Positions 1 to 11,072 of a DNA stretch of 34,639 nucleotides are shown in pieces. Under the pieces are notes generated by a model, which saw only the letters and a list, made by a program, of their open reading frames with translations, was not told the DNA's origin and searched no databases. Origin of the DNA: Octopus bimaculoides (Eukaryota); the NCBI RefSeq assembly GCF_001194135.2, contig NC_068986.1, positions 53,024,922-53,059,560 on the forward strand, written 5' to 3'. The translations under genes were made by a program, and so were the position numbers. Position 1 is the first letter of the stretch; each line of letters opens with the position of its first letter.

Positions 1-402
1 TATATGTTGTCTCTTTGTTACTTTAGCCTTATTCGTTCAGTAAACTTTCGTGAGCATAAACACCCTAAACAGGATTTTCCTTACAAATATAGATTAGCAG
101 GCATATCACTTCTTTCTGTAACAGAGAAAGAGAAAAGGAGAAGGGATGAGAATCTCGTCGAAATCTGTATACAAATGCCTGGAGGGTGAATAGCAGCAGT
201 AATTGAGATTTTCAGTTATTTTTTTTTTTTATATTCTTCCACTATTTTCTTCTTAATGGCTTTCTCTCAAGCTAAACGGATGTTTGTATGTAGTTAAAAT
301 AGTTGGAGCATCTGCTAAAAGTACTATTTATATAAGATAAATTAATTAATAAAGCAAGACAGTAAGTTTAGACGCACTCTATGGCTTCATTCAGTTATAT
401 TC

Positions 403-404
<2 letters not shown>

Positions 405-434
<30 letters not shown>

Positions 435-627
435 TGCACACATATATGCAAATATACATGCATACCCTATATATGAGTATGTCTATATATGGATAGATAG
501 ATAGATAGATATACGCATATATACGTATATATGTATATATATATGTGTGTGTGTATATATATATATATATATACATACATAAACATACGGCTATATACAT
601 ATATATATGTGTATGTATATATATATA
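405..627. repeat. Compound microsatellite (CA)n/(GATA)n/(TA)n/(TG)n
   Basis: Directly visible; runs into gap 1. Confidence 0.95.
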
Positions 628-1412
628 NNNNNNNNNNNNNNNNNNNNNNNNNNNNNNNNNNNNNNNNNNNNNNNNNNNNNNNNNNNNNNNNNNNNNNNNN
701 NNNNNNNNNNNNNNNNNNNNNNNNNNNNNNNNNNNNNNNNNNNNNNNNNNNNNNNNNNNNNNNNNNNNNNNNNNNNNNNNNNNNNNNNNNNNNNNNNNNN
801 NNNNNNNNNNNNNNNNNNNNNNNNNNNNNNNNNNNNNNNNNNNNNNNNNNNNNNNNNNNNNNNNNNNNNNNNNNNNNNNNNNNNNNNNNNNNNNNNNNNN
901 NNNNNNNNNNNNNNNNNNNNNNNNNNNNNNNNNNNNNNNNNNNNNNNNNNNNNNNNNNNNNNNNNNNNNNNNNNNNNNNNNNNNNNNNNNNNNNNNNNNN
1001 NNNNNNNNNNNNNNNNNNNNNNNNNNNNNNNNNNNNNNNNNNNNNNNNNNNNNNNNNNNNNNNNNNNNNNNNNNNNNNNNNNNNNNNNNNNNNNNNNNNN
1101 NNNNNNNNNNNNNNNNNNNNNNNNNNNNNNNNNNNNNNNNNNNNNNNNNNNNNNNNNNNNNNNNNNNNNNNNNNNNNNNNNNNNNNNNNNNNNNNNNNNN
1201 NNNNNNNNNNNNNNNNNNNNNNNNNNNNNNNNNNNNNNNNNNNNNNNNNNNNNNNNNNNNNNNNNNNNNNNNNNNNNNNNNNNNNNNNNNNNNNNNNNNN
1301 NNNNNNNNNNNNNNNNNNCGCTAACAAAAGATTATCCAAAATACTGACTGCCTCCTTTTTCTCAATATACAATATCCGTATACCACTTCAAACACTCTAT
1401 ACATACATACAT

Positions 1413-1414
<2 letters not shown>

Positions 1415-1470
<56 letters not shown>

Positions 1471-1473
1471 GTG
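1415..1473. repeat. (GT)n microsatellite
   Basis: Directly visible. Confidence 0.97.
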
Positions 1474-1887
1474 TAAATATAAAAATAGACCAAAAACCCA
1501 AAAGAAGGCATTGCAACATCCAGACAGATACACGATACAAAAGCGGACAAGAGAAATAACAATTAGGACAGACAAAAAAAGACGGATCATTCGTGGCTTT
1601 CTTTCCTCAGTCGGGTCCCAAAAGTCACGACCATTTCGGGCGGTTACACTTGAGATGGTTCGATCTGGTAGCCCGTGCATGTGTGTGTATGAGTGTATGT
1701 CGTGCGTGCGTGTGTATTAGTGTATGTAAGTGTTCACCAAATCTTTCGTTTCTCGTGTCATTGAGCTGCTTTTTCTGAAAATGCACCTCTAAAATACACA
1801 TGTATATGTATTCATCTTTACATACACTCACACACACACACACACACACACATACATATATAGAGAGAGAAATATATACATATACAT

Positions 1888-2158
1888 CACGTGATTCACG
1901 TGATCACGTCACCGACCAGATTATCAGATGTTGTTCCACATCGCCAGTCACAATGCGCTTTGCATTGTTTCAGCTATCAAATGACGCCACCTCGCTGGCT
2001 AGGCGGGCAGGCCAACACTCCCCCTTGATCGAAAGGGGACTGGAGCAGTGTGAAATGAAGTGATTTGCTCAAGAACACAACACGCCACCCAGTCTGACAA
2101 TCGAACTTATGATCTAGCAATCGTGAGTGCGACAGCCTAGCCACTAGTCCACGAGCCT
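1888..2158 (-). mobile_element. tRNA-derived SINE, family C head plus CORE-like block, with an alternative tail ending in (CACGTGAT)n
   Basis: Minus strand reads GGCTCGTGGACTAGTGGCTAGG (A-box-like), AAGTTCGATTG (B-box-like), then GTGTTCTTGAGCAAATCACTTCATTTCACACTGCTCCAGTCC, homologous to 9150-9282. The 3' part differs and ends in three CACGTG-like repeats. Confidence 0.8.
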
Positions 2159-2180
2159 TAATACATATACATAAATATAC

Positions 2181-2183
<3 letters not shown>

Positions 2184-2271
<88 letters not shown>

Positions 2272-2311
2272 TGTATCTATGTATGTATGTACGTATGTAT
2301 GTATGTATGTA
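2184..2311. repeat. (GT)n plus (TATG)n microsatellite
   Basis: Directly visible, about 42 GT units. Confidence 0.97.
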
Positions 2312-2329
2312 TGAGTGTGTTTGTAATTA

Positions 2330-2530
2330 TCCCTCACTATCACAACCGATTGATAACCGGTATTGATTTATTTACGTCCCATTAACTAAGTAGTTCTATT
2401 GAAAAAATGACCGACAGAATACGTACCAGACATTTTTTTTAAATAAGTGCTAGCGGTGATTTGTTCAGTTTAACGCCGCAAGACAGTATCGCCAGCATGG
2501 CCGTTGTCAAATGACTGAAACAGTTAAAAA
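2330..2530 (+). mobile_element. Family A SINE, 3' half only, diverged
   Basis: Homologous to 7935-8127 (GATAACCGGT..TTTACGTCCC..CCAGCATGGCC..GTCAAATGACTGAAACAG). Confidence 0.8.
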
Positions 2531-2916
2531 AGAAGATTTACACTCACACACACACACGCACACATACACACATAAACACACACATACACACACGTAACAG
2601 ACAAACACGCACACACGTGTTTACTTGCCAACTATAACTGAAACCGATTTATAACGATATAAAAAAATATACATTATTCGACATTTTTGATTTCAGCATC
2701 ATGACTATCGGCATTTTGAATGTTGGCTTCATTACTTTGGGCATTTTGTCCAAGTATTTTGTTTTCTCTCCTTATATCACTTATAATTGTTTCTTTCTTA
2801 TTCTTACTCTGGTTTCTCATTGAATATGTATTCCACATTGGTGGTGTTTTTTATTCATTTTTTTTTGTTTAGTGGAGCGGGCATTTTCTCAAATCTCAAT
2901 ATTGTGTTTGGTTTAA

Positions 2917-3115
2917 GGCGGCAATCTGGTAGAATCGTTACCGCACCAGGAAAAATGCTCCGACTTTACGTTCTGAGTTCGAATGCCGCCCGGATTTGAT
3001 TTTGCCTTTCATCGTTTCGAGGTCGGTAAAGTAACTAACAGTTAAACACTGGGGTCGATAAAATCGATTTACCCGCACCCCTGAAATTTCTGGTCTTGTG
3101 TCACTATTTGAAATC
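2917..3115 (+). mobile_element. Family B tRNA-like SINE
   Basis: GGCGGCAATCTGGTAGAATCGTTA, B-box GAGTTCGAATGCC, then TTTGCCTTTCATC..GGTCG..CACTGGGGTCGATAAAATCGA..GGTCTTGTG. Homologous to 32169-32340 and 12274-12482. Confidence 0.9.
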
Positions 3116-3761
3116 AACATTTCGTTTGGTTCGGCTTTTTCCTATCCTCGTTCATGCTCTCGTTCAACTCTTGTATATCTTATTTACTTATTCATTTATT
3201 TTTACTTTTGTGCTTCTTTTTCAATTATTGTTTTATTGTTCTTTAAATCATGTCACACGAAATCGTGTGGTAAAAACGTTCACCGGGATATCAACTGATT
3301 CTCACTTCGATACCATTGCACAGTACCTGTGATAAGAGCATACGATCGCCTCAATGTCTATCCACGCTTTGTGGTTGAATTAGAGTAAATGGAAGCTATG
3401 CGAATCCCATCCCATTCTAGTTTATCTGTACCTCAATGATAAACTTAATCTGTTTCCTGATTACACATCAACGCATTGTCGTTGGGCGCCTTCAAAGGAA
3501 CCCACTCTTTAGCAAGTGTATGGACCAAGTGATCGGACTCTTGTCTGGATAACTCGATATCAGGACCAACATCTATCTACAAGGAAAAAACCCAAATTGT
3601 AGTTTCCTCCTCCCCTTTTACCATTGTATGTCTCGAATACCCGGCAAAAGTCTTGGATATTGCTCTTCTTCTGAGACAGTCATGAAAAAAAGGAACTAGA
3701 AACACAATAAAAATATAATAATAAAGACGTACTCTTGTTTAGCTTCTGTCATAGTGGTTGA

Positions 3762-3900
3762 TTATCAGAATCGGTAGAGGGTCGGGTGAAATGCCTAGAG
3801 ATATTTCAATTAATTATGGCTCCTAACGTTCTTAGTTTAAATCCTGTAAATTTCGATAAGTGTCAGTCATGTACAGAAGTGAGTCGATGTAATTGATTAT
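3762..3900 (+). mobile_element. Old family B SINE remnant
   Basis: CAGAATCGGTAGAGGGTCGGGTGAAATGCCTAG..ACGTTCTTAGTTTAAATCC..GTCGATGTAATTGA. Confidence 0.6.
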
Positions 3901-4014
3901 ACCACCCCACCACCCCACACGCACATGCACACACACATACACACACAAATTTGAGGCTTTGTACCTATGTAAGAAATCTATATATGGTTTATAACTGTGA
4001 TAATAATGAGTAGA

Positions 4015-4341
4015 AACAGCATGTTCGAATGGTTAAAAAGTTTGCGTCACAATGAAGGTTCCGGGTTCGATTTAACTGCGTGGATGCTTGAGCAAATGTC
4101 TTTTACGTTTATTCTTAATTAACCCAACTCTTGTGAGTCCGCAAAACTGGGGTCGCCGGGTGGATTGCATCTGTATTTCAAAAGTACATCATTCTCACAC
4201 ACTGTGTAACACTGACTCTACTTGAGAATTACGTTAAGAGTACACGTGCCTGTGGTATACTCAGCCACTTACACGTTAATTCAATAAGCAGGTAATTCAG
4301 TTGAACTAACGACTGAATCCGCATCATCAAAACCAACGGAA
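4015..4341 (+). mobile_element. Chimeric SINE: family A head/core joined to the 'L' tail of families C and E
   Basis: 4050-4137 (GGTTCCGGGTTCGAT..CTGCGTGG..CTTGAGCAAATGTCTT..CTTGTGAGT) matches 7765-7848. 4170-4341 (CTGTATTTCAAA..GAATTACGTTAAG..CTCAGCCACTTACACGTTAATT) matches 30191-30360 and 9013-9150. Confidence 0.75.
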
Positions 4342-5507
4342 ATGCATTAACTTACTTTATTCACTTTTGTGACTGACGAATGTACACAGCATGTTAAACG
4401 TTGAAATCCCATTACATTTACAAATTGCAGTTTAAACATTCCGGTTTTTGGTAGGCAAAATCTTGTTTGTCAATAAGAATATTTTCGTAACTCCATCTGT
4501 TCTTAGGTGTTTGAAATTAAGTTATTTTCGTCGCTGTTTAGCTTCTTTTATAAGTACTAGGATTACATTGGAGAAATATCTTGCAGGTCTACTGACAACA
4601 TAGAAGCTCGCTCACTGATTCGAATTTCCATTAAAAGAAGTATCGATTAAGTATATGCATTAGACAATTGATCGAAGAATATGTTAAGCAATTTTGTTGT
4701 ATATGTAATTACTTCGTAGTATATGGTGAATATCATATCTTTGTGCAGTATGTCTAAAGTGAGTCAGCTCATCAGAATCTAGCCAACTTTATACGCTAAT
4801 AGGAAAGTTCTCCATGCAGTCGCCCAGCCTCTTGGAAATAACAATCAAATCGCTTCCCATTACACACTTCTTAGGTATAATATGTCTAAAATTAGTTGAA
4901 ATAGTCTTTGTTGGATTGCCTTTCTTCATAGGTCAACTTATTTAGGGCTAATTTAGGGATAAGCAACATTTACAGCGATTTACAAGAGTTAAACATAAGA
5001 GGCCGTTAGCAATTCACATCTCCATTTTACGATGCCGCGATGAACTATTCTGTTGTACCTGTCTTTAGCCAAGCGGAGTGTGTCATTTGATAACAGGATT
5101 TTTAACCATAAGTACAACGCAGGGATTATGATAAGACTCGGCTTGCCAACTTTTCAGCTAGCAGAGCTGGCATTCTTTTCCCCTAACCCAGTAGGTAGGT
5201 GCCTTTTACTTTAACAGGTTTAGTAATATGCTTTGTGTAGGAATACATATTCTCACAACTACGATTTGGCCAATGGAATTCAAAGCCTAATTTTTATAGC
5301 TATTCTCTATTTCTCAGGTATTACCAAGAGTAACAAGATAAAATTTGTATCTAGAGGCTGAAATATTTCTCGATTATTTACTAAGAGAAATGAAATGGTT
5401 CATATCGTACTGGACTTATTAACTGCAATTTCTGTTCAACGAAAACTCATTACTCTCTGAACTCATATCATATTTTTTCCAATAGCTGGATTTCCCTTAT
5501 AAAGATA

Positions 5508-5727
5508 TACGAGGGGGTACTGAAAGTTCCTGGGTTTGAGTAAAAGAAAATACAGGAAGATCAGTTAATTGCGATTTTATTCAGCATATTTCCCTCCCAG
5601 ATTCACATAGTTATTGCAACAGTCCATCAGTTTTTCTAAGCCCTGTAAAAGAAATCGGCAGGTTGGCCCTCCACCCAATCTTTTCGCGATACCCTTAAAA
5701 CTAGGAAATGTTCAGCACCTCTTCGTA
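5508..5727. mobile_element. Mariner-derived MITE (about 220 bp)
   Basis: Left end TACGAGGGGGTACTGAAAGTTCCTGGGTTT and right end AAAACTAGGAAATGTTCAGCACCTCTTCGTA form imperfect ~30-bp TIRs of mariner type. TA at both ends; no ORF. Confidence 0.85.
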
Positions 5728-6251
5728 CATCGCACGAATGGAATGGGACGAGTTGGAAAGAATACGGACTAATATGCTGATTTATTATGCGTATTAGTCC
5801 ATATTTCTTATACAAACGAGTGGCTCAACGTGTACCGTAGAATATGTGGGAAGTCTTCGGTGAGCACTGTCCATCATTCAGTTACAGTTTCTCGGAGAAA
5901 GATTCCTTAACATTTTTGTTTTATCATTTATGCCGTTGGGACTTTAGTAAATATTGTACAATCTAATTTCATTATATGTTCTCTTATAGATTATTTGCCC
6001 CTAAGCCAAAGACTTAGTAATAAATGTTGCTTGGCTTAAAAATTAATTGTTCCTGTCATAGATACAGCTCAAATAACTTACAACTACGTCAATATTTCAA
6101 GCAGCAAGTATCAGAATTTGCTGGCGACATTTTTAATCCAAACGGAAAGCAATATCTATAGAGATGATCCAGTAAAAGCTTTCATATCATATTTAGTAAA
6201 AGGCGTAAAAAGAATCTTAGCTTCCATAATTTTCTGTATTTTTCTGTATCA

Positions 6252-6516
6252 TATACCACTACTCACATTTACAAAATATTTTTAAAAAGGACATATATAT
6301 ATATATATATANNNNNNNNNNNNNNNNNNNNNNNNNNNNNNNNNNNNNNNNNNNNNNNNNNNNNNNNNNNNNNNNNNNNNNNNNNNNNNNNNNNNNNNNN
6401 NNNNNNNNNNNNNNNNNNNNNNNNNNNNNNNNNNNNNTATATATGTATGTTAATAAAATAATTTGTATAAATTGAAAATATGTTAAAACGTTAAATCGTT
6501 ATAGAGATTTCTAACA
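6252..6516 (+). repeat. Direct repeat, copy 1 (copy 2 at 7114-7334)
   Basis: TATACCACTACTCACATT..(TA)n/N..TTAATAAAATAATTTGTATAAATTGAAAATA..GATTTCTAACA occurs twice with only a handful of differences. Confidence 0.9.
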
Positions 6517-6756
6517 AAGTTTCAGAGCTACATTTTTGAGGGGTTGTAATCGAATGGATCGCCCTAATATTTAAATATTACTTATTTTATCTTTGTAAAA
6601 ATTACAGATAAAGTCGAAAACCTTATAACTATTTCTACGATAAACAGCAGGCTGATTATTGAATACTTTGTGGGATGAAAATCAAAACTGTCAAATGATG
6701 GGTGAACTCAGGAGAATCAATGGTGATCCCATATTATGTATATATGTATGTTTAAG

Positions 6757-7130
6757 ATACATGCTGAATCTGGATTGTTGGAATATGAAGTGGAAGAAAA
6801 ACAATCCTCAAGAGTGAAATTCATCGGACAGAAGCACAATATTCAGTAATCGCGGTGCATGATGAAACATTGATTACGCCATTCATCACATCACGATGAG
6901 ACATATTGATCACTCTAATCATCCTACAACATTTCTGATATAAAAGCAGTCATCCAGCCAACTGTATCACTTGGCCAAGAAGGAGACAAAATGGTTGTCT
7001 GGCGCAGCCTTTCATCACCATAATCCAGCACGTGCGCCAGTCAAAACTAGAATTTCTTCAAACCACAAAGAAGCGGCGAACCTTTCGTGCCGGCAGTCAG
7101 GATATTACCAGCCTATACCACTACTCACAT
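6757..7130 (+). pseudogene. Highly decayed mariner transposase fragment (DDD catalytic region)
   Basis: Broken frames give EYEVEEKQSS (cf. YEYDxETKQQS after the first D), FHHHN (cf. FHHDNA) and SQDITSLYH (cf. YSPDIAPSDYH) in the expected order. Several stops and frameshifts. Confidence 0.45.
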
Positions 7131-7334
7131 TCACAAAATATTTTTAAAAGGTATATATATATATATATATATATNNNNNNNNNNNNNNNNNNNNNNNNNN
7201 NNNNNNNNNNNNNNNNNNNNNNNNNNNNNNNNNNNNNNNNNNNNNNNNNNNNNNNNNNATATATACCTTAATAAAATAATTTGTATAAATTGAAAATATC
7301 TTAAAACGTTAAATCATTATAGTGATTTCTAACA
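7114..7334 (+). repeat. Direct repeat, copy 2 (copy 1 at 6252-6516)
   Basis: See copy 1. Confidence 0.9.
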
Positions 7335-7718
7335 GCGGGAGTAGCCACAAATGTCTAGTCGCGAGGTCGACTGCTTCCTATATCGTTGCATTGTATTAGG
7401 AGTGGTGTCTTGGTTGTCTCCGAAAACAAAGAACGAACAAGATATATACCAAGACCACAAATAGTGTGGGTAGGGTTTTGTTGTATCAGTACTTCGCTGG
7501 TATATATGTTACTGGTCTCGGAAGAAAGGCCGGATTAATACTAGGGAAGCGTTATGAGACATTTTTCTCCACATTGCCTATTCTGAGTTCCACCTTCCAA
7601 ACATTTCCAGAAAAGGGTTATATTGTTTTAATTATATCCTATCATATTATTATGACTGAGATGACATCATTATTATTTTTTTGTTTTATCTATGCATATC
7701 TATGCATATCTATGCATA

Positions 7719-8127
7719 GGCGCAGGAGTGGCTGTGTGGTAAGTAGCCTGCTTACCAACCACATGGTTCCGGGTTCATTCCCACTGCGTGGCACCTTGGG
7801 CAAGTGTCTTCTACTATAGCCTCGGGCCGACCAAAGCCTTGTGAGTGGATTTTGATGACGGAAACTGAAAGAAGCCCGTCGTATATATGTATATATATAT
7901 ATGTGTGTGTGTGTGTGTTTGTGTGTCTGTGTTTGTACCCCCACCATCGCTTGACAACCGATGCTGGTGTGTTTACGTCCCCGTAACTTAGCGGTTCGGC
8001 AAAAGAGACCGATAGAATACGTACTAGGCTTACAAAGAATAAGTCCAGGAGTCGATTTGCTCGACTAAAGGCGGTGCTCCAGCATGGCCACAGTCAAATG
8101 ACTGAAACAAGTAAAAGAGTAAAAGAG
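7719..8127 (+). mobile_element. Full-length family A tRNA-derived SINE with CORE-like block and internal microsatellite
   Basis: A-box TGGCTGTGTGG (~7729), B-box-like GGTTCATTCCC (~7772), CACCTTGGGCAAGTGTCTT (resembles the CORE-SINE motif CCTTGGGCAAGT), internal (TA)/(TG) tract at ~7882-7935, and a 3' tandem tail GTAAAAGA x2. Confidence 0.92.
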
Positions 8128-9012
8128 ATATAATCACATTAACACTTAGAATTTTACATTTACATAAGTATGTATACAAATATGTATTTAAGTGCATAGA
8201 TATGCACACGTACATACACACATACTTATAGATACACTTACACACCTACTCACAAACACACACACATACACACATATTTTTTCTTTTACTAGTTCCAGCT
8301 CGAGAGCTTCGGCCATGCTGGGGCAGAAATTGAAACCAAATCTCATGCAACATATCACCATGTTAAAGAAAAGAAAGTACAAGGTTGAATATCTTTATCC
8401 CTGAAAATAAGTTGGGATATTACTGGCTAAAAATAATTGTTTTGATTATAGGTGTTTTTCATCAGGACTGATTTAGCGTTAAAACAACATAAATTTGTTT
8501 TCATTTTGTTTAGTTTGTGTGTTTCGTCTATCATATAACAATGAAGAGAATGTTAGTGAGCAGACTAATATTGTCCCTATTTTTATCAGCAAGACAGGAG
8601 ACAACTCTCAATATGTTTTGGTCTTATTTGATCCCTTCAGTTGATATGCGAAAATACTGGAATAATTAGAACTATGTTTTCTTTGTGGATTGCTTATTGT
8701 GTATAAGTGTGTAGTAAGGGACAAAGAGTGTATCTGTATTTTTATATAAATACGTATGCCTGGGGATGTGTGTGTGAATGTGAATACAGACAGCGCATTA
8801 CACAGAGTGCGTTTGAGTATATGTTAATATATATGAATTGACATGGTTCTCCTTTTCTTTTTGGAAGTATTTTCAATTTTTCTTTTTTCTTTTGCATTAT
8901 TTGGAGCCAGTAGAATGTTGCTTGGACACGATCTAGGCTTGCTCAACCAAAGTTGGTTGCCTGGATGAAAGTGTATGTTGTAATACCCGAAACATCCACT
9001 GAATTCATAATA

Positions 9013-9282
9013 CAATGAAGGTTCCGGTTGATCTGATCAACGGAACAACCTGCTCGCGAAATTAACGCGCAAGTGGCTGCGCACTCTCAGGGAGATTCAG
9101 TATGACACAGAGTATGACAAGGCCGCCCTTTGAAATACAGGTACTACTCGTTTTTGCCACCTGAGTGGACTGAAGCAACGTAAAATAATGTGTTTTGCTC
9201 AAGGACACAACACGTCGCGGGGAATTGAACTCATGACCTTGCAATCTTGAGCAGTATACCCTAGCCACTAAGCCACGCGCCT
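9013..9282 (-). mobile_element. Family C tRNA-derived SINE with 'L' tail
   Basis: Minus strand: GGCGCGTGGCTTAGTGG (A-box), GAGTTCAATTCCC (B-box), GTGTCCTTGAGCAAAACAC, and a tail ending in the stem-loop GTTCCGTTGATCAGATCAACCGGAAC. Confidence 0.9.
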
Positions 9283-9763
9283 TCACTCAGTATACAATAC
9301 TGACAAGTATTGCATCGGTAAATATATGTTATGTATATACATCCATCATTATCCATTATTCTCATGAATCTTAAATCTATGAAATTAATCAATGTATTTT
9401 GATGTACTTTGTCTGTTGAATGGCAACTTCTATAAAATTGAATTACCGCAGAGTCAAAGCATTCATTCGTTCTCTTACTTTATTCTCTTACTTAGAGAAA
9501 GTATAAACATCATACGATCTTATTGCTTTATGCCTAAGTAAACTATCAATCAGTGTGTCATATATTTATGACTATTTTGACTGAATAGTGATGAGATATT
9601 CACATGTGGAAACAGACTTCAAGTTACCAATCCGAGTTGCTGCTTTTGTTTCCTTGCTACTTGTGCTAAATAATGATGTGGAGAAAATGTTGAATATTCC
9701 GCAAACTCATGTAATTTCGCTCAAAAATACGGAGTTGTATTCAATATACTTTATATCTCTTAA

Positions 9764-9963
9764 GCGGCACGCTGGTAGAATTGTTGCAGCACCAAACAAA
9801 CAGCTTAGCAGCATTTTACGTTCAGAGTTCAAATGCCGCCGATGCCGACTTTATTTTTCATCTTTTTGAGGTCGATAAAATTAGTACCAGCTGAGCACTG
9901 GGGTTAATGTAATCGGCTTACCCTCTCGACCGAAATTGCTGGCCTTGTGCCGAAATTTGAGAC
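9764..9963 (+). mobile_element. Family B SINE
   Basis: GCGGCACGCTGGTAGAATTGTT..GAGTTCAAATGCC..GGTCGATAAAATTAGTACCAG..GGCCTTGTGCCGAAATTTGA. Confidence 0.9.
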
Positions 9964-10034
9964 TTCTGTATATCTTTAATTCTTCTAATTATCATTGACT
10001 TCTTGCAAATGTCTGGGAGAAGGTATAGGCAATT

Positions 10035-10145
10035 GAAATAAACCATTACCTGTCTGGAACTTATTTTATCGATCACTTAGAAGAAAGAAAACGAAGTCGA
10101 GCGTAGCGAGATTTGAACGCTAAATGTTGTGAGACGAAACTAAAT
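10035..10145 (-). mobile_element. Old family B SINE remnant
   Basis: Plus strand ACTTATTTTATCGA..AAGTCGA..GATTTGAAC..AGACGAAA is the reverse complement of the family B middle. Confidence 0.55.
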
Positions 10146-10914
10146 ATATGTGAGGCATTGTTTTTACTGAAATTGTAGTGACCTTTCACTCGGAACTGGC
10201 AACTGGTGAGCGTATGTAATTAATCTCCTAATGGGGATTGTCTTACAGATGATCTCCTTGGCTCTGATGTCTCCAAAGAATGAGCTAGGAAAAACAAATC
10301 GCTATACTTGTTATCCGTTATGCATCTGAGAATCCTGGTTAAAAGTTACTGAGTGGAACGAAAACCACCTTAGACTACAACACAATTTTTGTTGATCACT
10401 TTAGACAGTATGATGTATCGGCAAAATCAGAGCAAATAGAAGATATTTACTTGAGGTTCTTGATTCATTTCTAAGTTCATTGGAATTGTTTTAATTATTT
10501 AACTATCCAACCATACAAAAATCAGAAATTCTTGTTTTATTCGCATCTTGTCGACTCGGTATTTTAAGCACTAGCTTTATATATCTGTGTATGTCAAGGA
10601 AATGACGAATTACTATGAAGATTTTGTTAAAAGAAATTGTCTATAATTGACTTATAACTTGATTTAAACTTCTCTATAATTGATTTATAATCGAAGTGTT
10701 TGATAATCTCTGAGACTTACTTTGTATATATATAACAATAATTCGAAAACTATTTTCATTCTTTAATAAATAATTGTTTCAATTTTGGCATTGTTACTAA
10801 CATTGAACATTTTCATTCACCATAAACTGTCTTGTTCAACTCGAACATTTTTATGCAAGTTCTCTATTTTTTTAATAAATTCTTGATTAATTTTTCAAAC
10901 TAAGAATCAAATTG

Positions 10915-11072
10915 TAGTAGGAGAGGATTCGCCGATTACAACGGTCCAGGTTGGTACTTATTTTATCGAGCTTGGAAGGATTAAATTGACCACAGTGAGG
11001 TTTGAACTTAGAACTGGAAGAAATGCTGGAAGAAATGCTGGTAAGCACGTTGTCCGACGATGCAATCGTTTG
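10915..11072 (-). mobile_element. Old family B SINE remnant with 12-bp internal duplication
   Basis: GGTACTTATTTTATCGA..GGTTTGAACTTAGAAC..AAGCACGTTGTCCG..CAGCTCG; CTGGAAGAAATG is repeated in tandem. Confidence 0.65.

Noticed and set aside
1624-1660. Third hammerhead-like motif (minus strand CGAAATGGTCGTG)
   Set aside because: Three mismatches to GAAACGATCGT(C/A), no stem I or II and no AATAAA; too degenerate to support.
3254-3269. CACACGA-AA-TCGTGTG palindrome as a Helitron 3' hairpin
   Set aside because: No CTRR terminus 8-12 nt downstream; a 7-bp stem is expected by chance.
9588-9869. 93-aa ORF
   Set aside because: Its 3' third is a family B SINE; no splice or homology support.
10190-10300. 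TDDLL as a reverse-transcriptase YADD-like motif
   Set aside because: Surrounding residues do not align with an RT domain and stops are adjacent.
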